NCBI GenBank assembly: GCA_039208735.1
Contig: JBCCQY010000061.1
Coordinates: 1-44,720, forward strand
From: Myxococcota bacterium
GTDB lineage: Bacteria > Myxococcota_A > UBA796 > GCA-2862545
Length of the DNA: 44,720 nucleotides
Reading direction: 5' to 3'
Shown here: positions 27,674 to 37,204 of the stretch, piece after piece
Layout: each line of letters opens with the position of its first letter
Position numbering within the stretch: position 1 is the stretch's first letter
Notes under the pieces: model-generated
Databases searched by the model: none
What the model was told of the DNA's origin: nothing
Seen by the model: only the letters and a program-made list of their open reading frames with translations
Position numbers and translations under genes: made by a program

Positions 27674-28348
27674 TTACGGGGTCCGTCGGGCCTCCACGAG
27701 TTGGAGAACCACGGCGATGGCCTGGTCGATCGACAGCCCCGTCGTGTCGACCATCACTGCGTCAACCGCGGGACGAAGGGGGGCGGTGGCGCGTTGACGA
27801 TCTTGGGCATCTCGCCGGTCGAGCGCTTCGCGCACCTCGGACCACGAAGCATCCTCGCCACGGGCCACCAACTCTTCGTGACGCCGCCGGGCTCGCTCGT
27901 CGAGCGAGGCGTCCAGAAACACCTTGAGGTCCGCGTTCGGAAAGACCACCGTGCCAATGTCGCGGCCGTCCATGACCACCCCTCCCGCAGCCCCAAAGGC
28001 GCGCTGTTGAGCGAGCAGGGCCTGACGAACCTCGGGATGCACACTGACCGCGGACGCGGCGGTACCCATCGCATCACTCCGGATTTCCGAAGAGACGTCC
28101 ATGTCGTCACACCACACCCGTAGCGCCGTCCCATCCCACTGAAAGTCGAGGGACAACGTGGCCGTCAAAGCGCCAAGGGCTGGACCATCATGCGTCGACA
28201 GGCCACGTTGATGTGCGGCCCACGCAACGGCTCGGTACATCGCGCCGGTGTCGATGTAGCGATAGCCGAGCGCATTTGCGACCCCTCGAGCGACCGTTCC
28301 TTTGCCGGCGGATCCGGGCCCATCCACTGCGATGGTCAGCTCTCTCAC
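27674..28348 (-). CDS. cmk: Cytidylate kinase
   Basis: IAVDGPGSAGKGT, DTGAMYRA, MDGRDIGTVVFP and RRD..D..R..APL. Confidence 0.97.
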   Translation of the reverse strand: MRELTIAVDGPGSAGKGTVARGVANALGYRYIDTGAMYRAVAWAAHQRGLSTHDGPALGALTATLSLDFQWDGTALRVWCDDMDVSSEIRSDAMGTAASAVSVHPEVRQALLAQQRAFGAAGGVVMDGRDIGTVVFPNADLKVFLDASLDERARRRHEELVARGEDASWSEVREALDRRDAQDRQRATAPLRPAVDAVMVDTTGLSIDQAIAVVLQLVEARRTP

Positions 28349-29640
28349 GCGGGCGTTCCTTCCGAGAGTCGCTCGAGATCGTCGAAGAAGCTCGGGTAGC
28401 TTGAGCCGACTTCCTCAGCACCATCTAGAACCACGCCTCCCCGCACATGTCCTGCGACCGCGAAGGCCATGACGATGCGGTGATCGCCGCTGCCATCCAC
28501 CCGTGGCATCGTGGCGACGTCTTGCGGCTGGGGCTGACCCTCGATCCGCATTCCATCGGGCAACGGTTCGACGTCAATGCCAAAGGCCTTCAAGCCCGTC
28601 TCCATGCGAGCGAGGCGGTCCGACTCCTTGACGCGAAGTTCGGCTGCATCCGCGATCGTGGTGGTTCCATCTGCAAACGCTGCGGCGACGCCAAGGACGG
28701 GAAGCTCGTCGAGCGCCCGCAAGGCCAAGGCACCGTCGATGCGCGTCCCACGCAATGATGCGTGCCGAACCACGATCTCTCCGCGAGGCTCCGGGTCCAA
28801 CGCTGTGACCGTGATCTCGAGGTCCGCTCCCATGGCCTGAAGCACCTCAATGACGCCCGTACGCGTAGGATTCAGGCCCACTTCCGTCAACCGGAGTTCC
28901 GAACCCGGCGTCACACTCGCCGCGACCAGCCAGAAGGCGGCCGAGGAGGGATCGCCTGAAATGGTCCAGTCAAACGCCGAAAGACGTTCTACAGGTTCCA
29001 ACTCAATTCGCGTTCCGTCGGTCGTGAGGGGAGCCCCAAGGGCTTGAAGCATCCGCTCGGTGTGGTCACGGCTCTCGCCGGGCTGGGTCAACGAAATGCC
29101 GGTGCGCAGACCCGCCAGCAACAACGCGGACTTGAGCTGCGCACTGGGCAACGCCAGATCGTGGTGGACGCCCGCCAAGACACGACCTCGAATCGCCAGG
29201 GGGGCCAGGCGGTCCCCATCACGGGCCCAAATGTCCGCCCCCATCGCCCGCAACGGTTCAATGATGCGACCCATGGGACGCCGACGCAGACTGCCATCCC
29301 CGGTGAGCACAAAGAACCGATCTGGCTGGCCCGCGAACAGCCCGGCCAGCAGCCGAATCGTCGTGCCCGAGTTGCCGCAATCAATGACGTCGGCAGGTTC
29401 TCCCAGCCGGTCGGGAGGCCGAACCACCCAGCCCTCGGCGTCGTTGTCCACCTGGGCGCCACATGCCACCATCGCGGCACGCGTGCAGCGCGTATCTCCC
29501 GCATCGAGCCCGCAACGGATTCGGGAGGGGCCGTCGGCAAGGGCCCCAAACATCAGTGCGCGATGGGTCTGGCTCTTGTTGCCCGGGACCGACAGGGTGC
29601 CTCGAAGGGCTCCCCCTGCGCAAACGATGCGCTGCGCCAT
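28345..29640 (-). CDS. aroA: 3-phosphoshikimate 1-carboxyvinyltransferase (EPSP synthase)
   Basis: PGNKS..HR, DCGNSGTT.RL, GD.SLRRRPM, SAQ.KSA, RDHTERML, ELRVKESDRL and DHRI.M. Confidence 0.97.
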   Translation of the reverse strand: MAQRIVCAGGALRGTLSVPGNKSQTHRALMFGALADGPSRIRCGLDAGDTRCTRAAMVACGAQVDNDAEGWVVRPPDRLGEPADVIDCGNSGTTIRLLAGLFAGQPDRFFVLTGDGSLRRRPMGRIIEPLRAMGADIWARDGDRLAPLAIRGRVLAGVHHDLALPSAQLKSALLLAGLRTGISLTQPGESRDHTERMLQALGAPLTTDGTRIELEPVERLSAFDWTISGDPSSAAFWLVAASVTPGSELRLTEVGLNPTRTGVIEVLQAMGADLEITVTALDPEPRGEIVVRHASLRGTRIDGALALRALDELPVLGVAAAFADGTTTIADAAELRVKESDRLARMETGLKAFGIDVEPLPDGMRIEGQPQPQDVATMPRVDGSGDHRIVMAFAVAGHVRGGVVLDGAEEVGSSYPSFFDDLERLSEGTPA

Positions 29641-30641
29641 CAGGAGTCCTCGGTCATCGCACCCATACGGCGAAAGCGGTCATACCGGCTCTGCAGGAGG
29701 GCTTCCTGATCGAGCTTCGACAACTCCGCGAGGTGTTTGCGGATCGTCCGCCCGACCGAGGCGATCGTGTCGTGCTGGTAACGGTGGGCGCCACCAAGCT
29801 TCTCGGGAATCACCTCATCAATGACGCCAAGTTCGAGGCAGTCCGCCGCGGTGATGCGCAGCGCTTCGGCCGCCCGCGGTCCTTCGGCTCGGTCACGCCA
29901 AAGGATGGCGGCACAGCCCTCGGGGCTGATGACCGAGTACACACTGTTCTCCAGCATCAACACGCGGTCCGCGGTGGCCAATGCAAGGGCTCCCCCCGAA
30001 CCGCCTTCCCCGGTCACGATGGCTACGATCGGCACCGTGAGCTGCGACATCTCTTGGATGTTGCGTGCAATCGCCTCGGACTGGCCACGCGCTTCCGCGT
30101 CGAGACCCGGGTATGCACCAGGCGTGTCGATGAACGCGACCACAGGAATCCGAAACCGCTCGGCCATGTGCATCAGCCGCAGCGCCTTCCGGTAGCCATC
30201 GGGCCGCGCCATGCCGAAGTTGCGAAAGAGGTTCTCCTTGGTGTTCCGGCCCTTCATGTGGCCCACGATGAGCACCGGCTGACCGTCGAGCCCATCTTCG
30301 GGGTCGTCGCTCGTGGGAGGAAGGGGACGGAAACGGGCGAGTCCCCCTACGATGGCCGCGTCGTCGTGGCCGGCTCGGTCCCCGTGGAGTTCGGTCCACT
30401 CGTCGAACAGCTCGCCGACGTAGTCGAGCATGAACGGACGAGCGGGGTGACGCGCCAGAAGCGTGCGCTGCCACGGGCTTAGCTGACCGAAGATGTTCTG
30501 CTGCAGCCGCGAAGCCTGGACTTCAAGCTGGGAGATGCTCGCCGACAGGTCGACACCGTTCTCCTCCTGCAGTTCGCGCAATTGATGAATGCGGCGGCGA
30601 AGCTCTACTACCGGCCGTTCGAAATCGAGGACGACATCCAT
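29640..30641 (-). CDS. accA: Acetyl-CoA carboxylase carboxyltransferase alpha subunit
   Basis: LDFERP, ARHP.RP, ELHGDR, RNFGM..P.GYRKA, IDTPGAYPG, GEGGSGGALA and YSVISPEGCA.ILW. Confidence 0.97.
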   Translation of the reverse strand: MDVVLDFERPVVELRRRIHQLRELQEENGVDLSASISQLEVQASRLQQNIFGQLSPWQRTLLARHPARPFMLDYVGELFDEWTELHGDRAGHDDAAIVGGLARFRPLPPTSDDPEDGLDGQPVLIVGHMKGRNTKENLFRNFGMARPDGYRKALRLMHMAERFRIPVVAFIDTPGAYPGLDAEARGQSEAIARNIQEMSQLTVPIVAIVTGEGGSGGALALATADRVLMLENSVYSVISPEGCAAILWRDRAEGPRAAEALRITAADCLELGVIDEVIPEKLGGAHRYQHDTIASVGRTIRKHLAELSKLDQEALLQSRYDRFRRMGAMTEDS

Positions 30642-30690
30642 GGACACCTGCCGTTGCGTGGGCGTGGACCGGTTTCGTTATCACGCTTGC

Positions 30691-31365
30691 ATGCGCATCG
30701 TCGTGATTGGTGGAACAGGTCGAACCGGCCAACGCATTGCCATGCGGGCGGTCGAAGTGGGGCACGAGGTGGTTGTGGTGGGACGCTCCGCAAAACCGGG
30801 CGACCCTCGACTCCCCGCCGCGGCTCGGATCGTGACCGGCGACGTGCTCAACCCCGCAACGCTCGAGACCTCGCTCGATGGCTGCGATGCCGTGGTCACG
30901 GCATTGTCGATTCCCCGGCGGAGTCGGTCGGTGTTTGCTCCGATCGAAGGACCGACCGACCTTCATAGTCGATCGACCGCAGCGCTCCTGCCGGCGATGA
31001 CCGCCGCATCCATCCCTCGCCTCATCAAGGTTTCCGCCCAAGGGGTTGGTGATTCTGCAGGTCGAACCGGCTGGGGCGTGCGACTCACCATTGCCACCTC
31101 GAACCTCAAGCCGGCGTTCGTGGATCACGCCAAAGCCGACCGGATGATCGTTGAAAGCGACCTGAGCTACACGATCGTACGGCCCCCCGTGTTGGAGGAT
31201 GGCCCGGCTCGCGACCGCATCGAGGCAGACGAGCAGGGCGTCACCGGAACGTTCACCCGGATTCGCACCCAAGACGTCGCAAACTGGATTGTCGATGCGG
31301 TTTCCGACCCCACGACCTATCGCCGCGTCCTCACGCTGGTCCCCAAAGGTCCTCCGCCCACTTGA
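30691..31365 (+). CDS. NAD(P)-binding oxidoreductase (flavin reductase/NmrA-like atypical SDR)
   Basis: MRIVVIGGTGRTG Rossmann motif, GDV, DAVV, YTIVRP and I...DVA. Confidence 0.88.
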   Translation: MRIVVIGGTGRTGQRIAMRAVEVGHEVVVVGRSAKPGDPRLPAAARIVTGDVLNPATLETSLDGCDAVVTALSIPRRSRSVFAPIEGPTDLHSRSTAALLPAMTAASIPRLIKVSAQGVGDSAGRTGWGVRLTIATSNLKPAFVDHAKADRMIVESDLSYTIVRPPVLEDGPARDRIEADEQGVTGTFTRIRTQDVANWIVDAVSDPTTYRRVLTLVPKGPPPT

Positions 31366-32209
31366 GGGCGGTGTCCAACGGGTCGTCGACGAGCCTTGGA
31401 TAGCCGAGCCCCCTCATCCACGTGCGTTGCTTGCGGGAAAAATGGCGGGTGTCACGTTGGGTCCGGCGGATGGTCTCGTCCAGCGGCAGCCCCTCGAGAA
31501 GGTGAGCACAAAGGTGACGATAGCCCAGCGACTGCAATGGCTTGAGGGTGGGCGCAAACCCCGCGTCGAGCACCGCTTGAACCTCGGCCACCCATCCCGC
31601 CTCCACCATACCGATCACCCGAGCGTCGATCCGTTCGTACAGGTCGTCGCGATCGAGCCACAGCGCGCGGTGGGCAATTCGATCGGGAGCACAAGCGTGT
31701 TCCGCATGAAGGTCGGAAAGTCGACGCCCGCTTAGACGAAACACTTCGATGCCGCGGATCAACCGCACGCGGTCTGCGGGATGGAGGCGTTTCGCGAGTG
31801 GCGGGTCGATCGATTGCAAGGCGGCATGGAGGTCGTCACGCGCTTCGAGTTCTGCCCGCAGCTCCGGGTCCACCGGAGGGGTTCGGACGAGGCCCCGCAG
31901 CAGCGAACGAAGGTAGAGGCTGGTTCCCCCCGCCACGATGACCCGTGCATGGGCGCCGATGACGCGGTCCCCCAAAGTGACAAAGTCCCCCGCCGAAAAA
32001 GGCTCGTCGGGCTCGACGAGATCAAGGCCCTCATGGGGCACTCGAGCCCGTTCGGCGGACGTCGCCTTCCCGGTGCCAATGTCGAGGCGGCGGTAGACCT
32101 GCATCGCGTCCGCCGACAGGACGACCGCACCAAAGCGCTCCGCCACGGCCAATGCCACCGCCGTCTTGCCGGCCGAGGTCGGCCCTGCAAGCACGAGGAC
32201 GCCCTTCAC
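31331..32209 (-). CDS. miaA: tRNA dimethylallyltransferase
   Basis: GPTSAGKT, SADAMQVYR.LDIGTGK, GGT.LY, LGYR and KQRTW. GTG overlaps the mutL stop (GTGA). Confidence 0.96.
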   Translation of the reverse strand: MKGVLVLAGPTSAGKTAVALAVAERFGAVVLSADAMQVYRRLDIGTGKATSAERARVPHEGLDLVEPDEPFSAGDFVTLGDRVIGAHARVIVAGGTSLYLRSLLRGLVRTPPVDPELRAELEARDDLHAALQSIDPPLAKRLHPADRVRLIRGIEVFRLSGRRLSDLHAEHACAPDRIAHRALWLDRDDLYERIDARVIGMVEAGWVAEVQAVLDAGFAPTLKPLQSLGYRHLCAHLLEGLPLDETIRRTQRDTRHFSRKQRTWMRGLGYPRLVDDPLDTALKWAEDLWGPA

Positions 32210-33888
32210 CACTGCCAGGGCCGTCCAGGAAGGTTCGTGAGTTCGACCAAGCGCCCTTCGAGCGCCACGCCACGACGACGCGCCTCCGCGACGAGCTCCG
32301 GCCCGTCGGTCACCGGCAATACCGCGCACTCCTTGGCCCAAGTGGCGCGGACATCGGCATCTGGATTCGTGGCGAGCGCCAGTCGCACAAGCGCCTCGGG
32401 ATCGACGTCACCCAGGGCATCGGGGACACTTCGTACCGCGAGTTCCACCGGAGAGAAGCGGTCGGCCACAAGCCCAAGTTCAGCCCACCGATCAAACTGG
32501 GCTTCAGCCACGGCCAACTCGGCCTCTGACATCCGAATCACGCTCGGCACGAGCAACGGTCGCCCCGGTGCCTGGGCATCCATCACCGCCAACTGACGGG
32601 CCACGCGGCCCAGATCGATGACCAACAGTCGATCGCCATCGCTGGCCAATCCCCAGCGCGCTCCAACCAGCGCAACCCAATCAAGATCGGGAGGGGCTTC
32701 GTCTGCCAACACAGCGGGGATCGATGCCGGCGCGGCCTCCGGACGCCATGGTGCGACGGGCGCTTCCGCGACGACCGCCACGGGCAAAGGCACAGGGGCG
32801 GGCGTCGGTTCCGGGGCCGTGGGCCGACCGGCGAAGAGCGGAGCCGCGGAGGGAATGTACGACGTGGCGTGGGCGCCAACCCGCGGCTTCGCCCCCGCCC
32901 CTTCCAGGGTGCTCGCGATGGTGTGCGCAACAAATCGAACGACCGACGCGGGATCCACGAACCGGACCTCGGCCTTCGTGGGGTGAACGTTGATGTCGGC
33001 CAACGACGGATCGAGGTTTAGCTCCAAGACCGCGAGTGGGTGGCGTCCCGCGGGTAGCCGGTCCCGGTAGGCTTCGCGAACGGCTCGTCGCAGCACATGA
33101 TCTCGAACCCACCGGCCATTGACGTAGAGGTAGGTGGAGTCGGCGGCATGCGCCCGGTGTCGTTCTGGTGGAGCGACGTAGCCTCGCAACACAAACGTTC
33201 CATTATCGGCTTCAATCTCGAGCAGTCCCCGACCATCGGGCCCGACCAGGTCCTCGACGCGATTCGCCCAGTCTTCGGTCGGAGGAGCGTCCAGGATGGT
33301 CCGTCCGGCGTGCTGAATCGTAAAGCCGATGGTCGGACGAACCATCGCCTGCCGCACGACCGCATGAACGCAATGTCCGAGTTCCGTGGGCACGGTGCGC
33401 AGGAACTTCTGGCGCACCGGCACGTTGTAAAACAGCTTACGGGCGCTCACCACCGTCCCCACTGCCGCTCCCGTCGGTCGCACGTCCCGCAGCCGTCCAC
33501 CGTCAACGCGCAAGCGGGTTCCCTCATCGTCCGTAGGTCGGCGTGTGATCAGCTCAAACTCACTGACCGCAGCGATCGACGGCAGGGCTTCGCCCCGGAA
33601 GCCCAGGGAGCGAACCGACAACAGGTCCGACGTGTCGCGGATCTTCGAGGTCGCGTGACGTTCGATAGACAGCATCGCGTCCTGCTCGCCCATGCCGCGC
33701 CCATTGTCCTCGATGCGAATCAGCGACCGGCCCCCATCGCGCAACACGACGACGATCTGGGTGGCTCCCGCGTCGATGCTGTTTTCAACCAGTTCCTTGA
33801 CCGCCGAGGCGGGACGCTCCACGACCTCACCGGCCGCGATCTGATCGATCACCCGGTCCGCGAGAATGCGGATCGCCGCCGTACTCAT
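32206..33888 (-). CDS. mutL: DNA mismatch repair protein MutL (divergent C-terminal domain)
   Basis: QIAAGEVVERPASAVKELVENSIDAGA, DNG.GM, HATSKI, LGFRGEALPSI and DINVHPTK.EVRF. mutL-miaA synteny. Confidence 0.95.
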   Translation of the reverse strand: MSTAAIRILADRVIDQIAAGEVVERPASAVKELVENSIDAGATQIVVVLRDGGRSLIRIEDNGRGMGEQDAMLSIERHATSKIRDTSDLLSVRSLGFRGEALPSIAAVSEFELITRRPTDDEGTRLRVDGGRLRDVRPTGAAVGTVVSARKLFYNVPVRQKFLRTVPTELGHCVHAVVRQAMVRPTIGFTIQHAGRTILDAPPTEDWANRVEDLVGPDGRGLLEIEADNGTFVLRGYVAPPERHRAHAADSTYLYVNGRWVRDHVLRRAVREAYRDRLPAGRHPLAVLELNLDPSLADINVHPTKAEVRFVDPASVVRFVAHTIASTLEGAGAKPRVGAHATSYIPSAAPLFAGRPTAPEPTPAPVPLPVAVVAEAPVAPWRPEAAPASIPAVLADEAPPDLDWVALVGARWGLASDGDRLLVIDLGRVARQLAVMDAQAPGRPLLVPSVIRMSEAELAVAEAQFDRWAELGLVADRFSPVELAVRSVPDALGDVDPEALVRLALATNPDADVRATWAKECAVLPVTDGPELVAEARRRGVALEGRLVELTNLPGRPWQW

Positions 33889-35288
33889 CCAGACGATTCC
33901 CCTGGCGGTTCACCGAGTTTACGCCGCCGCTTGAAGTGCAGCCGCAGCGGGGTGCCTTCAAAATCGAAGCTCGTTCGCAAGCGATTCGAAAGGTACTTTC
34001 GGTACGTTGCCCCGATGCCCTCCGGCGTGTTCGAAAACAACGCAAACGTTGGAGGGCGGACGCGCGTTTGCGTCGCGTAGTACAGCCGCACGGGGTGATG
34101 GTAGCGCTGCGGCGGTGTGTGGGCCGCGACGGCCTGTTCGAGAAAGCGATTGAGCACCGACGTCGACACACGACGATCGAAGGCTTCATAGACACGATCG
34201 ACGGTTGCAATGACTCGATGCAGTCCCTTGCCCGTTTTCGCCGAGACGAAGAGATGAGGCGCCCACGGAATGTGAGGAAGCCTCCGGGCGAGCTCGTCTT
34301 CCGTCGACCGTGAATCGATGTCTTCGAGGTCCTTGACGAGATCCCATTTATTGATGAGCACGACGATCGCCCGCCCACGGTCCGTCACCAGCTGCGCGAG
34401 CCGCGCATCCTGGTCCGTCGGTCCTTCGGTGCCGTCGATCATCAGCAGCACCACATGGCAACGTTCGATGGAGCGAATCGCCCGCAGAGAGACAAACCGT
34501 TCGAGCTTGTCGTCGATGCGTGCCTTCTTCCGAACTCCCGCCGTGTCGACCAGGACGTAGGGCTTTCCGTCGATCTCCACCGCCGAATCTACCGGGTCCA
34601 TGGTGGTCCCTGCCACATTGTCGACCACATGCCGGTCCTCACCGAGCAGGGCGTTAATCAGCGTCGACTTGCCAATGTTGGGCCGCCCGACCACCGCGAT
34701 GCGAATCGGGCCAGGCCCTTCGTTGTCCGCCTCTTCGATCGGCGTGCCTTCAACGGGGAGTTCGGACGTGGCCGATTCGCCTTCTTCCGCTTCCGGCAGG
34801 CGTGTGACCACCTCGTCGCACAGTTCATAGATGCCTCGACCGTGGGCCGCGCTGATGCCGACGAGCGGTTCAAGACCCATGGCCCAAAACTCATTTTGCA
34901 GATCGTCATGGCGATGGCCGTCGATCTTGTTGACCCCAACCACGATTTGCTTGCCGCTGCGACGGAGCAACCCGGCCACCTCGGTGTCGGCCGGTGTGAG
35001 ACCCGCCCGCCCGTCCACCAAAAAGACGATCACATCCGCCTCTTCAACCGCGATGAGCGACTGCCGACGCATCGAAGAGAGCAGGTCCGTATCGGGCTCT
35101 GGCTCAATGCCTCCGGTGTCGATGAGCAACACAGACCGATCGATCATCTCGGTGGGCTCGTACAGGCGGTCGCGCGTCACCCCGGGTCGGTCGTGCACCA
35201 CCGCCTTGCGAAATCCTACGAGTCGATTGAACAGCGTCGATTTGCCCACGTTTGGGCGGCCTACGATGGCCACGACGGGGACACCCAT
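33885..35288 (-). CDS. der: Ribosome biogenesis GTPase Der (EngA)
   Basis: Two G domains (GRPNVGKST/DTGG/NKID and GRPNIGKST/DTAG/NKWD) plus a KH-like C-terminus. ATG at 35288 follows GGGGGAG. Confidence 0.97.
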   Translation of the reverse strand: MGVPVVAIVGRPNVGKSTLFNRLVGFRKAVVHDRPGVTRDRLYEPTEMIDRSVLLIDTGGIEPEPDTDLLSSMRRQSLIAVEEADVIVFLVDGRAGLTPADTEVAGLLRRSGKQIVVGVNKIDGHRHDDLQNEFWAMGLEPLVGISAAHGRGIYELCDEVVTRLPEAEEGESATSELPVEGTPIEEADNEGPGPIRIAVVGRPNIGKSTLINALLGEDRHVVDNVAGTTMDPVDSAVEIDGKPYVLVDTAGVRKKARIDDKLERFVSLRAIRSIERCHVVLLMIDGTEGPTDQDARLAQLVTDRGRAIVVLINKWDLVKDLEDIDSRSTEDELARRLPHIPWAPHLFVSAKTGKGLHRVIATVDRVYEAFDRRVSTSVLNRFLEQAVAAHTPPQRYHHPVRLYYATQTRVRPPTFALFSNTPEGIGATYRKYLSNRLRTSFDFEGTPLRLHFKRRRKLGEPPGESSG

Positions 35289-35399
35289 TTCTCCCCCAAG
35301 CACGTGCGCGTATCCGGCCGGTGGCCAGTTTGCGAGCCGCAGTCGTTGGGTGACGATATCTGCATCCCAACGACGTCGCAGAACCACAGGAGGTCGGTC

Positions 35400-36500
35400 G
35401 TGCGCGTGGTCGTGGCCATGTCAGGTGGAGTAGATTCCTCGGTTGCCGCGGGCCTTCTGGTCCGCGAGGGACACGAGGTCATCGGTGTGCACATGCGCTT
35501 GCACGACGAATCGACCACCGCGGTCCCTACGAGCCGTCCCGGCCGCTGCTGTGGGTACGACGATGCCCTCGATGCCCGGAAGGTAGCGGCAAGCCTCGAC
35601 ATTCCGTTCTACGTGATGAATCTGCGCGAGGTCTTTGCGCGTTCGGTCATGAAGGACCTCGCCGATACCTACCTGCGCGGCGAGACGCCGAACCCTTGCA
35701 TTCAGTGCAATGGACGCCTCAAGTTCCGGGTCCTTATGTCTCGCGCCCGTGCGCTCGGCGCCGACCGTCTGGCCACGGGACATTACGCGCGGATTCGCGA
35801 AGACGGTGCACTCGCGTGTGCGGTCGATGAAGACAAGGACCAGTCCTACTTTTTGTTCTCGATGACGCCCGATGCGCGCGCGCAGACGTGGTTCCCGCTG
35901 GGGGGCATGACCAAGGCCGAGGTCCGAGCCCAGGCCGAGTCGCTGGAACTGCCGGTGGCCGACAAGCCCGAAAGCCAAGAGATTTGCTTTATTCCCGACG
36001 GTGACCACGCTCGTTTCGTCGCTGAGCAGCATCCCGATGTGGATGCCTCGGGTCCGGTGCTCCTCGAAGACGGCACCGAAGTTGGACAACACGAGGCCTA
36101 CTACCGCTACACGGTCGGTCAGCGGCGGGGGCTTGGTGTGGCCTTGGGCCAAGCGGCTTGGGTCCTCCGAATCGACCCCGACACCCGCGCGGTGACGGTC
36201 ACGACCGCTCCCGAGCGCCTGGGGTCGATGGGATTGGTGGCATCGGGAGCGGTCTGGCACGGACCGCTCGAGCCCGAGGAGCGGGTCACGGTCCGCATTC
36301 GTCATCGGGGCACGAAGCACCCAGCAAGGGTGGTCAAGCTGACCGACAAGCGCTTCGAGGTGCACTTCGAAGACCCCGTACGCGCGATCGCGCCAGGTCA
36401 GGCCGCAGTGGTCTACCGAGGCGACGAAGTCGTCGGCGGCGGCTGGATCGGACGTGCCTGCCGGCGCGATGAACTCACGGCGCTGTCGGGGGCTGCGTGA
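35400..36500 (+). CDS. mnmA: tRNA 2-thiouridine(34) synthase
   Basis: AMSGGVDSS, TPNPCIQCN, ATGHYAR, KDQSYFL, SQEICF, YTVGQRRGL and APGQ. GTG at 35400 follows AGGAGG. Confidence 0.97.
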   Translation: MRVVVAMSGGVDSSVAAGLLVREGHEVIGVHMRLHDESTTAVPTSRPGRCCGYDDALDARKVAASLDIPFYVMNLREVFARSVMKDLADTYLRGETPNPCIQCNGRLKFRVLMSRARALGADRLATGHYARIREDGALACAVDEDKDQSYFLFSMTPDARAQTWFPLGGMTKAEVRAQAESLELPVADKPESQEICFIPDGDHARFVAEQHPDVDASGPVLLEDGTEVGQHEAYYRYTVGQRRGLGVALGQAAWVLRIDPDTRAVTVTTAPERLGSMGLVASGAVWHGPLEPEERVTVRIRHRGTKHPARVVKLTDKRFEVHFEDPVRAIAPGQAAVVYRGDEVVGGGWIGRACRRDELTALSGAA

Positions 36501-37204
36501 CGTCGGCACTCGAGGCCGTTCGCAAGGCCTTGGGTCACCCCTTCGATGACGCGTCGCTCCTTCTCACCGCCGTCACGCATTCATCGTGGGTTCACGAAAA
36601 CGGTGGCGAAGACTACGAGCGCCTTGAGTTTCTCGGCGATGCGGTGCTCCAGCTGTGTTGCACCCGCCTCCTCTACGAACGCTTCGAGCACGCCCGTGAA
36701 GGCGAACTTTCACGCCTTCGGGCCCGCCTTGTCAGCACCCATGCGTTGGCCGAACTCGGACGAAGGTTGGGCCTCGGCGACGCGCTGCGTCTCGGGGTAG
36801 GCGAGAGCGCCACCGGAGGGCGGGATCGACCTCGCGTTCTCGCCGGCGCAGTGGAAGCGGTCCTTGGTGCGGTGTTTACCGACGGTGGCTACGCCGCCGC
36901 GAATCGGGTGGTCTCGGCGTGGCTGAAGGGCCCCATCGCCGAACTGGTGGCGGAGGGTCCCAGCGCCTGGAAAGACCCTCGCAGTCGCCTACAAGAACGG
37001 ACCCAGCGGGTCTCGGGAGCCGTTCCTACCTACGCCGTCACCGAGCGGGAAGGCCCGGCCCACGACCCGCGATTTGTCGTCGAGGTGCGGCTCGGCGAAC
37101 GGGTCCTCGGTCAAGGCGAAGGCTCATCGAAACGCCAGGCCGCGCGCCATGCCGCCGAAGCCGCCCTCCGAGCGTCTGATTCCCCAGTGGCCGATGTGGA
37201 TTGA
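36497..37204 (+). CDS. rnc: Ribonuclease III
   Basis: YERLEFLGDAVL signature, EAVLGAVF.DGG and a C-terminal dsRBD. Confidence 0.97.
   Translation: MTSALEAVRKALGHPFDDASLLLTAVTHSSWVHENGGEDYERLEFLGDAVLQLCCTRLLYERFEHAREGELSRLRARLVSTHALAELGRRLGLGDALRLGVGESATGGRDRPRVLAGAVEAVLGAVFTDGGYAAANRVVSAWLKGPIAELVAEGPSAWKDPRSRLQERTQRVSGAVPTYAVTEREGPAHDPRFVVEVRLGERVLGQGEGSSKRQAARHAAEAALRASDSPVADVD

Noticed and set aside
34455..35399. Apparent 315-aa N-terminal extension of MnmA (681-aa ORF)
   Set aside because: It is antisense to der. A strong AGGAGG plus GTG at 35400 gives a normal-length MnmA.
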